The notes under the pieces are model-generated. The model was not told where the DNA came from. It searched no databases and saw only the letters and a program-made list of their open reading frames with translations. Position numbers and translations under genes: made by a program. A stretch of DNA of 64,000 bases from a virus, in the IMG/VR virus record IMGVR_UViG_3300010160_000037, positions 12,147 through 76,146 of that record; one strand, given 5' to 3'. This document shows positions 1 through 8,891 of the stretch, piece after piece (position 1 is the first letter of the stretch; each line of letters starts with the position of its first letter).

Positions 1-270
1 GGCACTAAGAAGAAAAAGAAAATACGTAGTAAAATTGACAGCGACTGGCAAGAATATTACGGATCTAACTTAGAATTAAACACAGACGTATTAAAATTAG
101 GCAAAGAAAATTTCACGCGAGAGATACTTCACTATTGTAAATCAAAAGCAGTATGCTCTTACATCGAGGCCCTTGAACAATTCAACCGCAAAGTATTAGA
201 ATCACAAGATTACTATAACGGACAAATCTCAGTCCGTGTCCATGGCTCTCACATAATCAACAAAATTTAG
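1..270 (+). CDS. GIY-YIG/Seg-like small endonuclease-family protein, 5' truncated by window
   Basis: Frame 1 is open from base 1 to TAG at 268-270: GTKKKKKIRSKIDSDWQEYYGSNLELNTDVLKLGKENFTREILHYCKSKAVCSYIEALEQF...YYNGQI. The DW..YYGS, G.ENF.REIL, E and YYN pattern matches the C-terminal half of T4-like Seg/GIY-YIG proteins. Confidence 0.7.
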   Translation, partial: GTKKKKKIRSKIDSDWQEYYGSNLELNTDVLKLGKENFTREILHYCKSKAVCSYIEALEQFNRKVLESQDYYNGQISVRVHGSHIINKI

Positions 271-620
271 GCTCAGTCTTACAGGATATGCTCGCACCGG
301 CTTAAATCGGGTGCCTAGCGACAACCGGATAATAACGGGGACGGAAGCCTCTGCGCTGTACAGAGCACTTATCAACCATCCTTAACAGGACGACGATCGT
401 AATTGCCGCGATTTTGATATTTGAATAGAGTGAATAAGAGCTAAAAAGAGGGGAGAAAAACCCCGGATTAATGTGTATGTTAGCGTATGTACATTAATTA
501 CCGTCATAACAAGACGTAGCTAGGGGTACCGGATGACCGCCTCAGTAATGCTACAACGCTAAGTGACTTGCGTACTCAGATAATGCCAAGTTTTTTCTTA
601 ACCCGTTTCTGGGTTAAGTG
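271..620 (+). ncRNA. putative structured non-coding RNA (unassigned family)
   Basis: No long ORF, and about 9 consecutive stems, including a 15-bp stem with five G-U pairs (466-499) and CTTAACCC/GGGTTAAG (597-618). Confidence 0.45.
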
Positions 621-724
621 TGACCATTATATCTAGATAATACTTAAATCTTCTAAAGAAGATATAAATGCTCTGAGCGTTAGCGAAAGAGCAAGTGAAC
701 GTAGTTCACTTTTAACATTAAACA

Positions 725-730
725 TAAATA
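725..730 (+). promoter_or_regulatory. T4-like late promoter box TAAATA
   Basis: cATAAATA upstream of the gene starting at 752; same box recurs before most structural genes. Confidence 0.6.
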
Positions 731-751
731 TCCTTGCTGGAGAATGCAAAA

Positions 752-1483
752 ATGAAAATAACTGAATTAGTAATGGAAAGCCGTAAAATTGATGAAGCTC
801 CTATGGGCATGCTCAATAAACTTGGCAATAAGGTAATGAGTAAATTTGGTAGCGATGCGTCTACTGGAAAGCTAAAGTCAGGTGAAGTAGCTAATAAATT
901 ATACTCATCATTCAATCAATACCTAGGTCAATCTGGACAAGAACCAACATGGCCTGTAGTTAAAAATTGGTTACAATCGAACAAGTATCCTACCAGTCGT
1001 GCAGAGAAAATTGTCAAGGCCGCAGGAGCTGCCTCTAGGATTCCAAAAGGTCCTGGCATGCTACAGAGAACTGGTGCTAAGATCAAGCAAGGATACGATG
1101 CCGCTAAACAAGGTGTAGGCAACGCTGTTACTAATGTTAAAAATAGAATGGACCAGGCGGCGTCTGATGCGGCTGGTGGACTTCCTGGTATGCGTGAAGG
1201 AAGGATCAACGAAGCTAATTCTCCTCCGTTAGATAAAAAGACTCTAGAAAAAGTATTCCTAACTGCGGCCCAAGAAGCGGCTCAGGTTGTTCAGCAGAAG
1301 AAGCAGAACGGTGGACAACAAAATCAACGTCAAGGTAATAACGGCCAACAAAGTCAAAACGGATTAAGTGTACAGCAGGGCGGTAAGAGTCAAGGTGGGG
1401 ATGCTAAGTTAGCGCAACGTGTTGATAATCTCGAAGCTGAAGTTGCCGCACTAAAAGGTTCTAGCAATAAAAACGCGGCTTAA
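752..1483 (+). CDS. hypothetical protein, candidate internal head protein (Q/G/N-rich C-terminal region)
   Basis: ORF track gives 734-1483. ATG at 752 follows GGAG (739-742). N-terminus MKITELVMESRKIDEA has possible prohead-protease sites. Confidence 0.7.
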   Translation: MKITELVMESRKIDEAPMGMLNKLGNKVMSKFGSDASTGKLKSGEVANKLYSSFNQYLGQSGQEPTWPVVKNWLQSNKYPTSRAEKIVKAAGAASRIPKGPGMLQRTGAKIKQGYDAAKQGVGNAVTNVKNRMDQAASDAAGGLPGMREGRINEANSPPLDKKTLEKVFLTAAQEAAQVVQQKKQNGGQQNQRQGNNGQQSQNGLSVQQGGKSQGGDAKLAQRVDNLEAEVAALKGSSNKNAA

Positions 1484-1710
1484 AAGAAAGGCAAGCCGCT
1501 TTCTTTGGTAGTTTCTAAGTTACCCTTAATAATACTACTGATAATAACTCTGTCGTTAGGCTCTAGTAGATACAACTGTTCAATTGTAATTCCGCCTCTC
1601 ATATACCAACACATTTGATATAAGTTGTTTTTTAAGGCTTCTACCTCACGATCCATTCTGTTAACATAGTCAAGGATCTCTTCGTTAGTTAAAGATAGAA
1701 GCCTTACCCG
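1480..1710 (-). CDS. gp51-like small baseplate/tail assembly ORF; probably also the -1 frameshift extension of the upstream gene (internal ATG at 1656)
   Basis: Not in ORF track. Open frame RVRLLSLTNEEILDYVNRMDREVEALKNNLYQMCWYMRGGITIEQLYLLEPNDRVIISSIIKGNLETTKESGLPFF* begins right at the T TTT TTC heptamer. Confidence 0.65.
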   Translation of the reverse strand, partial: RVRLLSLTNEEILDYVNRMDREVEALKNNLYQMCWYMRGGITIEQLYLLEPNDRVIISSIIKGNLETTKESGLPFF

Positions 1711-2579
1711 AAAAAATTTGATTCGTCAAATGTAAATGGAACTTCAATAAACTCTGGAGCACCTTTTTCTAGCATTTCAGGAGTGCTGGCAATTGACAGG
1801 GGTTTAAGTTTATTAGCAGAGTTTAATAATCCCAATCTGTCTTTAATCTTTTCAAAGATTGCACTATCGCATTTTTCAATAAACTCTTGAATAAACTCAG
1901 CTTCTTCAACTACTCCGGCTGTACTTTCAATTTTATAAATTGCCTTACCAACAATAGAAATTGTCTTTTGACTTAGTTTATTAAACGCAGACTTGAATGC
2001 AGTGAGTTTATCTTCTTCTGATAAGTTTTCATCTCTAACAAGTGCTACTAATCGTTGTGTATCAAATTCGCTTATCTGTGCTTCTGCTTGCGATTTGTAA
2101 TTTAGAGGTTTAATATAAACAACTAACTCAGGAGTTATTTCAAATCGATCGTCCCATTGAGCTCCGTTCTGTAAAGAATCTAAAACGTTGTGTAGATCAA
2201 CTTCGTATTCTGAAGGCTCGTCCATAGTCGGGTGTGTTATGTTTAATGACATTTTATTACCGTAGGTAGCTAATCGAATAGCACATAGCATACAGTCTAG
2301 GTCAATCTGTGGGATTTCCCAAGCATTGACAATATTAGGCATACAGCTTTGTATGACATCTACAAGGGCTTGCCCGTTCATTAGTGCATCGGGCGTTTTA
2401 AATGTTAACTCATCTTTAGCAGTCATTGAGAATACAGGATATTCTCCGTTTATGCTAACATTAAGAGATCCCTCTGGATAGTATTTTCCACTGCTAGGTA
2501 GCTTGATATAGATCTTAGGCTGGCGCAAGATGCTTAACAGTGGGTTAATTTTTACTGATTGTACAGTTGTTTCTGACAT
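1704..2579 (-). CDS. gp26: baseplate hub assembly protein, T4 gp26-like
   Basis: P(K)IYIKLPSSG, MTAKDEL..K, DLDCML.AIR.ATYG motifs and ...SNFFG end; divergent from the tape-measure-like gene. Confidence 0.7.
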   Translation of the reverse strand: MSETTVQSVKINPLLSILRQPKIYIKLPSSGKYYPEGSLNVSINGEYPVFSMTAKDELTFKTPDALMNGQALVDVIQSCMPNIVNAWEIPQIDLDCMLCAIRLATYGNKMSLNITHPTMDEPSEYEVDLHNVLDSLQNGAQWDDRFEITPELVVYIKPLNYKSQAEAQISEFDTQRLVALVRDENLSEEDKLTAFKSAFNKLSQKTISIVGKAIYKIESTAGVVEEAEFIQEFIEKCDSAIFEKIKDRLGLLNSANKLKPLSIASTPEMLEKGAPEFIEVPFTFDESNFFG

Positions 2580-2592
2580 GTTTACACTCCGA

Positions 2593-2624
2593 TAAATAAT
2601 ATGGCAATCTGATACACTTATTTA
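2593..2624. promoter_or_regulatory. crossed pair of late promoter boxes (TAAATA + at 2593-2598; - at 2624-2619)
   Basis: Both boxes lie in the 74-bp gap between divergent genes. Confidence 0.55.
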
Positions 2625-2653
2625 TCTACGCACATAACCAGGAATTTTAAACC

Positions 2654-5083
2654 ATGGCCGGAAAAGAAACAGTCAAAGGTACATTTGGCAATGAACCAAT
2701 AGAGTTAAACAATGCCGCGACGGAAACTACCTTATTCGCCCTGTTGAGACTTGCGCAGAAAGATAGTGCTGTCCTTGCAGAAATGGCCAAGAAGGCAGGT
2801 ATCAGCAGTAAAAAAATTGAAGATGCTCTAGAAAAACAATCCGACGGTGGAGGTGGCAGTAAGGGAGGTGGCCTAGGATTTTTAGGTGGCGCCGCAAACC
2901 TAGCTGGCGGCTTCTTAATGGACATGGTCGGGGGTATCACAAAGACTATTGGCAATCTAACCGCGTTTGGCGAATCGTTAATGGACGGAACTGCTCGAGC
3001 CAGTGATTTCTTTAAGGCATTCAAAGACTTACCCTTAGGGCTGGGGCTATTTGCACAGCTACTGGGAGCCGCGCAAAAGTTCATGGAAAAGCAGATAGAC
3101 ACCTACAGGACTATAAGCCAAACAGGCGCTGGATTAACCAGCAGTCTTGGCGGACTAAGAGTGCAGGCATTAGGTCTCGGTTTAAACATGGACGAGTTTG
3201 CCGCAATGTTTTCTAAAAATCAAGATGCATTGGCTCGATTAGGCGGTAGTGCAAGTGCAGGAGCAAAGAATTTAGTAGCAATTAATAACTCATTGATTAA
3301 CAGTAAAATGGGCGGAACTTTAATGGGGCTAGGTTATAGCTTTAGTGAAATAAATGGTCTAGTTGGAGACTATATTGCTACAACCGGCGACGGCCTTAAG
3401 GTAGGTAGAGATGTAACATCTGAGCAAAAACGACTTGCAAAAGCCGCAGGCGAGTATGGTAAAGAATTAGATTTCCTTTCAAGACTAACTGGTGAAAGCA
3501 GAGAAGCAATACAAAAGAAAATGCAAGCAGATGCCCAAGAAGCCAGTTGGAAAATGTATCTAGCAGGTTTGCCAGAAGAACAACAAAGATTAGCTACACA
3601 AGCAGTTGAACGTGCAAGAATGATGGGCGGCAAAGGAGGAGTTGATGCAATCAAAGCGATGTTTATGGGTTTTGCAGGACCGTTTAGTCAAGAAGGTCAA
3701 ACATTTATTTCAACAATGGCTGGGGGGACAAAATCATTACAAGACATGGTTGCCGCAGTTAAAAATAATAAAGATGCTACAAAAACAATTACTCAGTTAG
3801 ATAATTTGTTTGCTAAGGGAATGGCTTCAAATATTAAAGATCTTGAAAAATTTAGAAGTAATATTATGGCTATGGGCCAAGGTAGTGAGGGAGGCGCAAA
3901 AGCACTTTTAGAAATTCAAGAAGCCGCTAACAATTACATTAGCCAAGGAATGAAAGAAGAAACTGCTATTAAAAAAGCGATTGTTGACGCTCGTAAAAAG
4001 CAAGAAACTGATGCCAAAGCCGCCGAAGCGCAGGCTAAAGTTGATCTTGCTATGAAACAGCTAGGTCAACGATTAGTAACAGCACTACTTCCTATAATAG
4101 AATCTCTAAATAAAATAGGACTACAACTTATTAAAAGATTTGAAGATTTAGTAAATCATCACTTACCTGATATAAAAGACGCATTGAAAAAAGTAGCAGA
4201 TTTTATTGAATACGCATTTAATGATCCTGAAGGAGCATGGAAGAAACTAAGTGGTTGGTTTAAAGGAATGTTAGCAAAAATGCTAGAAGCATTTAGTACA
4301 AGCTGGTTAGGTAGACAATTGTTTGGTGATGCGGCCGCAAGTTTAGGACGTCGAGCAAGGATTGAATCAATGCAAGGCATTGATTCCGTGCGTAGGCAAG
4401 AATTAATAGGTAAAGGAAACAACACTACAGACAAGGAAAAAGAAGAGTTAGCAGACATAAACAAAACAATTAGAGAAGGGCGATTAGCTCTTGCGGAGGA
4501 AATACGCGAGAAGGCTAAGGGATTCTTAAACGGCGAAAAAATGTACGACGCTCAGATAGAAGCCATGGCAAAAAAATATGGAAAAACTCATGCAGAGATA
4601 ATACAAGAAATAGGAAAAGCGAACAGCACTATGCAAAAGGAATTCCTAGATAATAGCATCGAGATGGAGAAAGCGCAAAGACAAAAGCAGAAAGAAGCAC
4701 TTGCACAGGCTAATCAAATTGAATTAGGTATTGGAGATTATGCGTCGATGCAAAGTATTAAAGAATTTAAAGTAAAAGAATTTGCGTCAGGTACAGCAGG
4801 CTCTGGAAAATTATTACAAGATTTTGGACGAGAAGAATTGGTAAAACTTCACGGTAAAGAAGCTGTGCTAACAGAAGAACAACTGACAAATTTAGCAAAA
4901 GGAATACAACAAGCATCAGCAGGTACAACAATTAAGGCAGAAATTGGACAGTCAGATTTAGTCGTAGAACATCTAATTACGTTAAATAGAGCTACAGCAT
5001 TACAGAATAAGATACTCGGTACTATTGCCGAGAATCAGCGTACAATGATTAACCGGGCTACCGGAAACAGACTAATGGTATAA
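2654..5083 (+). CDS. tail tape-measure-like / baseplate hub protein
   Basis: 809 aa, Ala/Gly/Lys-rich and helical, with C-terminal FASGT...DFG...LHGKEAVLT motif; adjacent to gp26-like gene. Confidence 0.6.
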   Translation: MAGKETVKGTFGNEPIELNNAATETTLFALLRLAQKDSAVLAEMAKKAGISSKKIEDALEKQSDGGGGSKGGGLGFLGGAANLAGGFLMDMVGGITKTIGNLTAFGESLMDGTARASDFFKAFKDLPLGLGLFAQLLGAAQKFMEKQIDTYRTISQTGAGLTSSLGGLRVQALGLGLNMDEFAAMFSKNQDALARLGGSASAGAKNLVAINNSLINSKMGGTLMGLGYSFSEINGLVGDYIATTGDGLKVGRDVTSEQKRLAKAAGEYGKELDFLSRLTGESREAIQKKMQADAQEASWKMYLAGLPEEQQRLATQAVERARMMGGKGGVDAIKAMFMGFAGPFSQEGQTFISTMAGGTKSLQDMVAAVKNNKDATKTITQLDNLFAKGMASNIKDLEKFRSNIMAMGQGSEGGAKALLEIQEAANNYISQGMKEETAIKKAIVDARKKQETDAKAAEAQAKVDLAMKQLGQRLVTALLPIIESLNKIGLQLIKRFEDLVNHHLPDIKDALKKVADFIEYAFNDPEGAWKKLSGWFKGMLAKMLEAFSTSWLGRQLFGDAAASLGRRARIESMQGIDSVRRQELIGKGNNTTDKEKEELADINKTIREGRLALAEEIREKAKGFLNGEKMYDAQIEAMAKKYGKTHAEIIQEIGKANSTMQKEFLDNSIEMEKAQRQKQKEALAQANQIELGIGDYASMQSIKEFKVKEFASGTAGSGKLLQDFGREELVKLHGKEAVLTEEQLTNLAKGIQQASAGTTIKAEIGQSDLVVEHLITLNRATALQNKILGTIAENQRTMINRATGNRLMV

Positions 5084-5089
5084 CCACAT

Positions 5090-6829
5090 ATGAGTTGGAA
5101 AAAATATTTTACACCAGTTTCGACAGGCAACTTTGGTCCTATAAGCGGCCAGTCAGGTGCAAGTCCTCAACGTGCAAACTACAGCAGTTACTTGCCTGAT
5201 GTTTACACTGGACATCCTAATAGACTAGAGCGTTACAGTCAGTACGACACAATGGACGGCGACTCAGAAGTCAACGCCGCCTTAGACATTCTAGCAGAAT
5301 TTTGCTCGCAGATCAACGAAGAAAACGGAACACCGTTTGAACTTGACTTTAAAGATCAAGCTACTCCTACAGAAATTAAAATCCTCAAAAAGTATCTACA
5401 GCAATGGACTAAACTTAATCTATTTCAGAAGCGTATCTTTAAAGTAGTACGCAACGTATTCAAATATGGCGACAGCTTTTTTATTCGAGACCCAGAAACA
5501 CAAGCATGGGTTTATGTGGATCCTGCTAAGGTTGATCGCATTATTGTTAATGAATCAGAAGGTAAGAAACCCGAGCAGTATGTTATCCGTGACCTAAACA
5601 TTAACCTACAATCATTAACAGCAACCAGTATTAATCCAAGCAATAGTCAAAATCAAGGACACGGCGGCTCATCTTTCAGCACATCCAATGCAGGTGGTTC
5701 ACGCGGTATGGTAGGTGGTGCATCTCCAAATGCTGGTAACCGTTTCCAAATGAATCAAAATCAACATCCTGTTGATGCAAAACACGTTATTCACATTAGT
5801 CTGTCAGAAGGCCTAGACAACAACTTTCCCTTTGGAAACAGCCTATTAGAGAGCATTTTCAAGGTATATAAGCAGAAAGAACTGCTGGAAGATGCTATTA
5901 TTATCTATCGTATACAACGAGCTCCAGAACGTCGTGTATTCTACATTGACGTAGGAAACATGCCAAGCCATTTGGCTATGGGCTTTGTTGAACGTGTTAA
6001 AAACGAAATTAACCAAAGACGTATTCCTAGCTTAACAGGTGGTGGTAGTAACTTAATTGATAGTAGTTACAACCCATTATCGATTAACGAAGACTACTTC
6101 TTTCCGCAGACAGCAGAAGGTCGTGGATCAAAAGTTGATGTATTACCGGGCGGCACTAACCTCGGTGAGATCGACGACTTACGATATTTTACAAACAAAC
6201 TGTTCCGCGCCTTACGTATTCCTAGTAGCTATTTGCCTACAGGATCAGACGATGGCGGTAGCAACTTTAATGACGGCCGTGTTGGAACAGCCTACATTCA
6301 AGAACTACGTTTTAACAAATACTGCGAGCGTTTGCAGAGTTTAATGAATAGCGCATTTGATTCAGAGTTTAAAACTTACCTGTATTCAAAAGGCATTAAC
6401 ATTGACCCTAATCTGTTTGATGTTACATTTAATCCCCCACAAAACTTTGCAAGTTATCGCCAAGCAGAGATGGACGGTGTACGTATCAACACATTTGGTA
6501 GCATTGTTGCTCTACCCTTTATCAGCAAACGCTATGCACTAAAACGCTTCTTAGGACTTAAACAAGAAGAGATTGCAGAAAATCAAGAGATGTGGGAAGA
6601 AGAAAATCTTGACACAACTAAACCTATTAGTGCTTCTGCAGAACTGCGCTCAGCTGGTATTACAGCAGGTGGCATGGGCGATGATATGGATGGTTTAGGA
6701 CAGTCAGATCTAGGAACTCCAGAGATGCAAGGAGCAGACGGCCCAGACGGAACAGGTAATGCCTCTATGGCACCAGCCGCTGGCGCGGAAAATGCAGGTA
6801 AAGGCGGAGCCCCACAAGGACCAATGTAA
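5090..6829 (+). CDS. gp20: portal vertex protein
   Basis: LLEDAIIIYRIQRAPERRVFYIDVGNMP, EDYFFP..EGRGSKVDVLPGGTNLGEIDDLRYF..KLFRALRIP are T4 gp20 signatures. Confidence 0.95.
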   Translation: MSWKKYFTPVSTGNFGPISGQSGASPQRANYSSYLPDVYTGHPNRLERYSQYDTMDGDSEVNAALDILAEFCSQINEENGTPFELDFKDQATPTEIKILKKYLQQWTKLNLFQKRIFKVVRNVFKYGDSFFIRDPETQAWVYVDPAKVDRIIVNESEGKKPEQYVIRDLNINLQSLTATSINPSNSQNQGHGGSSFSTSNAGGSRGMVGGASPNAGNRFQMNQNQHPVDAKHVIHISLSEGLDNNFPFGNSLLESIFKVYKQKELLEDAIIIYRIQRAPERRVFYIDVGNMPSHLAMGFVERVKNEINQRRIPSLTGGGSNLIDSSYNPLSINEDYFFPQTAEGRGSKVDVLPGGTNLGEIDDLRYFTNKLFRALRIPSSYLPTGSDDGGSNFNDGRVGTAYIQELRFNKYCERLQSLMNSAFDSEFKTYLYSKGINIDPNLFDVTFNPPQNFASYRQAEMDGVRINTFGSIVALPFISKRYALKRFLGLKQEEIAENQEMWEEENLDTTKPISASAELRSAGITAGGMGDDMDGLGQSDLGTPEMQGADGPDGTGNASMAPAAGAENAGKGGAPQGPM

Positions 6830-6845
6830 TCTGGTAAATATAGAC

Positions 6846-7103
6846 ATGCTATTAAACGAATTCATTTATTTTAGTCCTGATCAAGAAGAAATGTCTGACA
6901 GAGGTCGGTACGATCCTTTAGATGATAAAACTTCAGTTCTACACGACAAAGACACACGCAAGACTCGTTTGACACTACGCATAATAAACGATCTACGTAG
7001 AGCAAGCGAAGCTAGAGATCGTGAAACTAAAGAAAATTTAATAGTAGTACGCCAGATGTATGCGATGCCAACTGAAGAAGAAGGTGCCGCTCCGGCAATG
7101 TAA
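6846..7103 (+). CDS. small hypothetical head-module protein
   Basis: Track ORF 6759-7103 overlaps the portal gene. ATG 6846 (MLLNEF...TRKTRLTL) lies 5 nt after TAAATA (6835-6840). Confidence 0.7.
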   Translation: MLLNEFIYFSPDQEEMSDRGRYDPLDDKTSVLHDKDTRKTRLTLRIINDLRRASEARDRETKENLIVVRQMYAMPTEEEGAAPAM

Positions 7104-7305
7104 TAAACTTATAGTTTAATTCATAGAAATACAAGTTAAATATTTTAAACAAATTCAATACAAACTTAGGAAGATCATAACTAAGTTTCGTCACCAAATG
7201 CCAAAAAGAGTCGTTTTTGGCCTATTTCCCATAATTAATATAGGTGAGCATTAAATATGCTTATATATTATTCACCCCTTGACAAACCAACAGGAGAAAC
7301 CCGCA

Positions 7306-8235
7306 ATGAATAAATTCGAACAACTATTAGACTACATCGTAAACGAAGAAAAGGACAAAGCTGAAGAGCTATTCCATGAGATCGTTGTAGAAAAGTCACG
7401 TGATATCTACGAAAACTTGATCGCTGAAGAAGCCGAAGAAGACGAAGATAAAGACGAAGACAAAAAAGAAGAACAAGAAGATGACGACAGCGTAGAAGAA
7501 GCTTTTGGCATGGACGATGCTGAAGGTGGAGAAATGGGTGGCGATGCTACCGATGATTTCAATGCTGACACAGCAGATACAGATGGCCCAGGCGCCGAAG
7601 ACGGCGAAGAAGAGCCAGGCGATATTGATGGTGACGGTACTCCAGCAACTGCTGATGATGTACAAGATCTAGCTGACGCCCTAGATGAATTAAAAGCAGA
7701 ATTTGCTAAATTGATGGCGGGCGAAAAGCATGAAGAAGAAGAAGACCCAGATGTACATGGCGGCGCACTAGACGACATGGATGCTGACGACAGCGAAGAA
7801 GACGAAGAAGACGAAGAAAGCGACGGAAATCCTTTTGAATCACGTCAACTAACACGCGAATATCGCGAAACAGTAGCCAAGCCAAGCAATACAGAAGCTG
7901 GCGACGGAAAAGCTGGTCCGATTAATGCTAACCCAAAGAACCGTCCTAGTGGCGGCAACGTGAGCGCACATAACATTACTCAAGGCCAAACTGCAAGTGA
8001 TTCAAATATCAAAGGCGGCGAAGGTCTAGTTGGTGGTATCAAAGGCAAGTTTACAAGCCCAAATACACACAACGTTGACGGTGTTAAGTCCGGTATCAAA
8101 ACAGTAACCAAGCAAGGTGCTGGTTATCCAGGTAACAACAAGACAGCAGGTCCAGTAGGATCTGGTACAGGCGACAAAGCTGGTCAAACATCAGTTGGTA
8201 GCCCTAAGTCAGTTGTTGACCACAAACAAGGTTAA
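7306..8235 (+). CDS. acidic prohead core protein (positional analogue of T4 gp67/gp68)
   Basis: Very D/E-rich; between portal and protease; AGGAG SD before ATG 7306; TAAATA at 7252-7257. Confidence 0.65.
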   Translation: MNKFEQLLDYIVNEEKDKAEELFHEIVVEKSRDIYENLIAEEAEEDEDKDEDKKEEQEDDDSVEEAFGMDDAEGGEMGGDATDDFNADTADTDGPGAEDGEEEPGDIDGDGTPATADDVQDLADALDELKAEFAKLMAGEKHEEEEDPDVHGGALDDMDADDSEEDEEDEESDGNPFESRQLTREYRETVAKPSNTEAGDGKAGPINANPKNRPSGGNVSAHNITQGQTASDSNIKGGEGLVGGIKGKFTSPNTHNVDGVKSGIKTVTKQGAGYPGNNKTAGPVGSGTGDKAGQTSVGSPKSVVDHKQG

Positions 8236-8242
8236 TAAGTAG

Positions 8243-8881
8243 GTGACTACTAGGATGCAATTTTTACGAGAACACCTTAGCTTTGACCAAGCTAATGCGG
8301 TCGTAGAGAGCGACGACAAAGACGGCAAGAGCCTTTACCTAAAAGGCATTGCTATCCAAGGCGGTATTCGCAATCAGAACCAGCGGGTTTATCCAGTCAA
8401 GGAAATCGAAATCGCTGTAAAGACTCTCAACGATCAAATTCAGAATGGTTATAGTGTTCTTGGAGAAGTTGATCATCCAGATGACCTTAAAGTAAATTTA
8501 GACCGTGTGTCCCATATGATCACTCAAATGTGGATGGAAGGTCCGAACGGATATGGCAAAATGAAAATTTTACCAACTCCAATGGGACAACTAATTCGTG
8601 TCATGCTCGAAAGCGGAGTAAAACTAGGTGTTAGTTCGAGAGGCAGCGGCAACGTTGACGATCGTTCTGGCAACGTGTCCGAGTTTGAGATTATCACAGT
8701 TGATATAGTTGCTCAACCAAGCGCACCTGGTGCGTACCCAACACCCGTTTATGAGCATATCATGAACGCTCGTGGCGGATATCGTGCATTACAGGTAGCT
8801 AAAGAAGTGAAAGAAGATCCTAGGGCACAGAAGCATCTCCAACAGGTGATGTTGAGTATTATCAGTGGCCTTAAAGCCTAA
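8243..8881 (+). CDS. gp21: prohead protease
   Basis: N.NQRVYP, LGEVDHP, RVSH, ILPTPMG, GVSSRGSG, DIVAQPSAPGAY motifs. Confidence 0.95.
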   Translation: MTTRMQFLREHLSFDQANAVVESDDKDGKSLYLKGIAIQGGIRNQNQRVYPVKEIEIAVKTLNDQIQNGYSVLGEVDHPDDLKVNLDRVSHMITQMWMEGPNGYGKMKILPTPMGQLIRVMLESGVKLGVSSRGSGNVDDRSGNVSEFEIITVDIVAQPSAPGAYPTPVYEHIMNARGGYRALQVAKEVKEDPRAQKHLQQVMLSIISGLKA

Positions 8882-8891
8882 GGAGAAATAA

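Noticed and set aside
271-720. tRNA, CRISPR array or group I intron in the non-coding stretch
   Set aside because: No cloverleaf or T-loop, no repeat-spacer periodicity, and it does not interrupt a gene.
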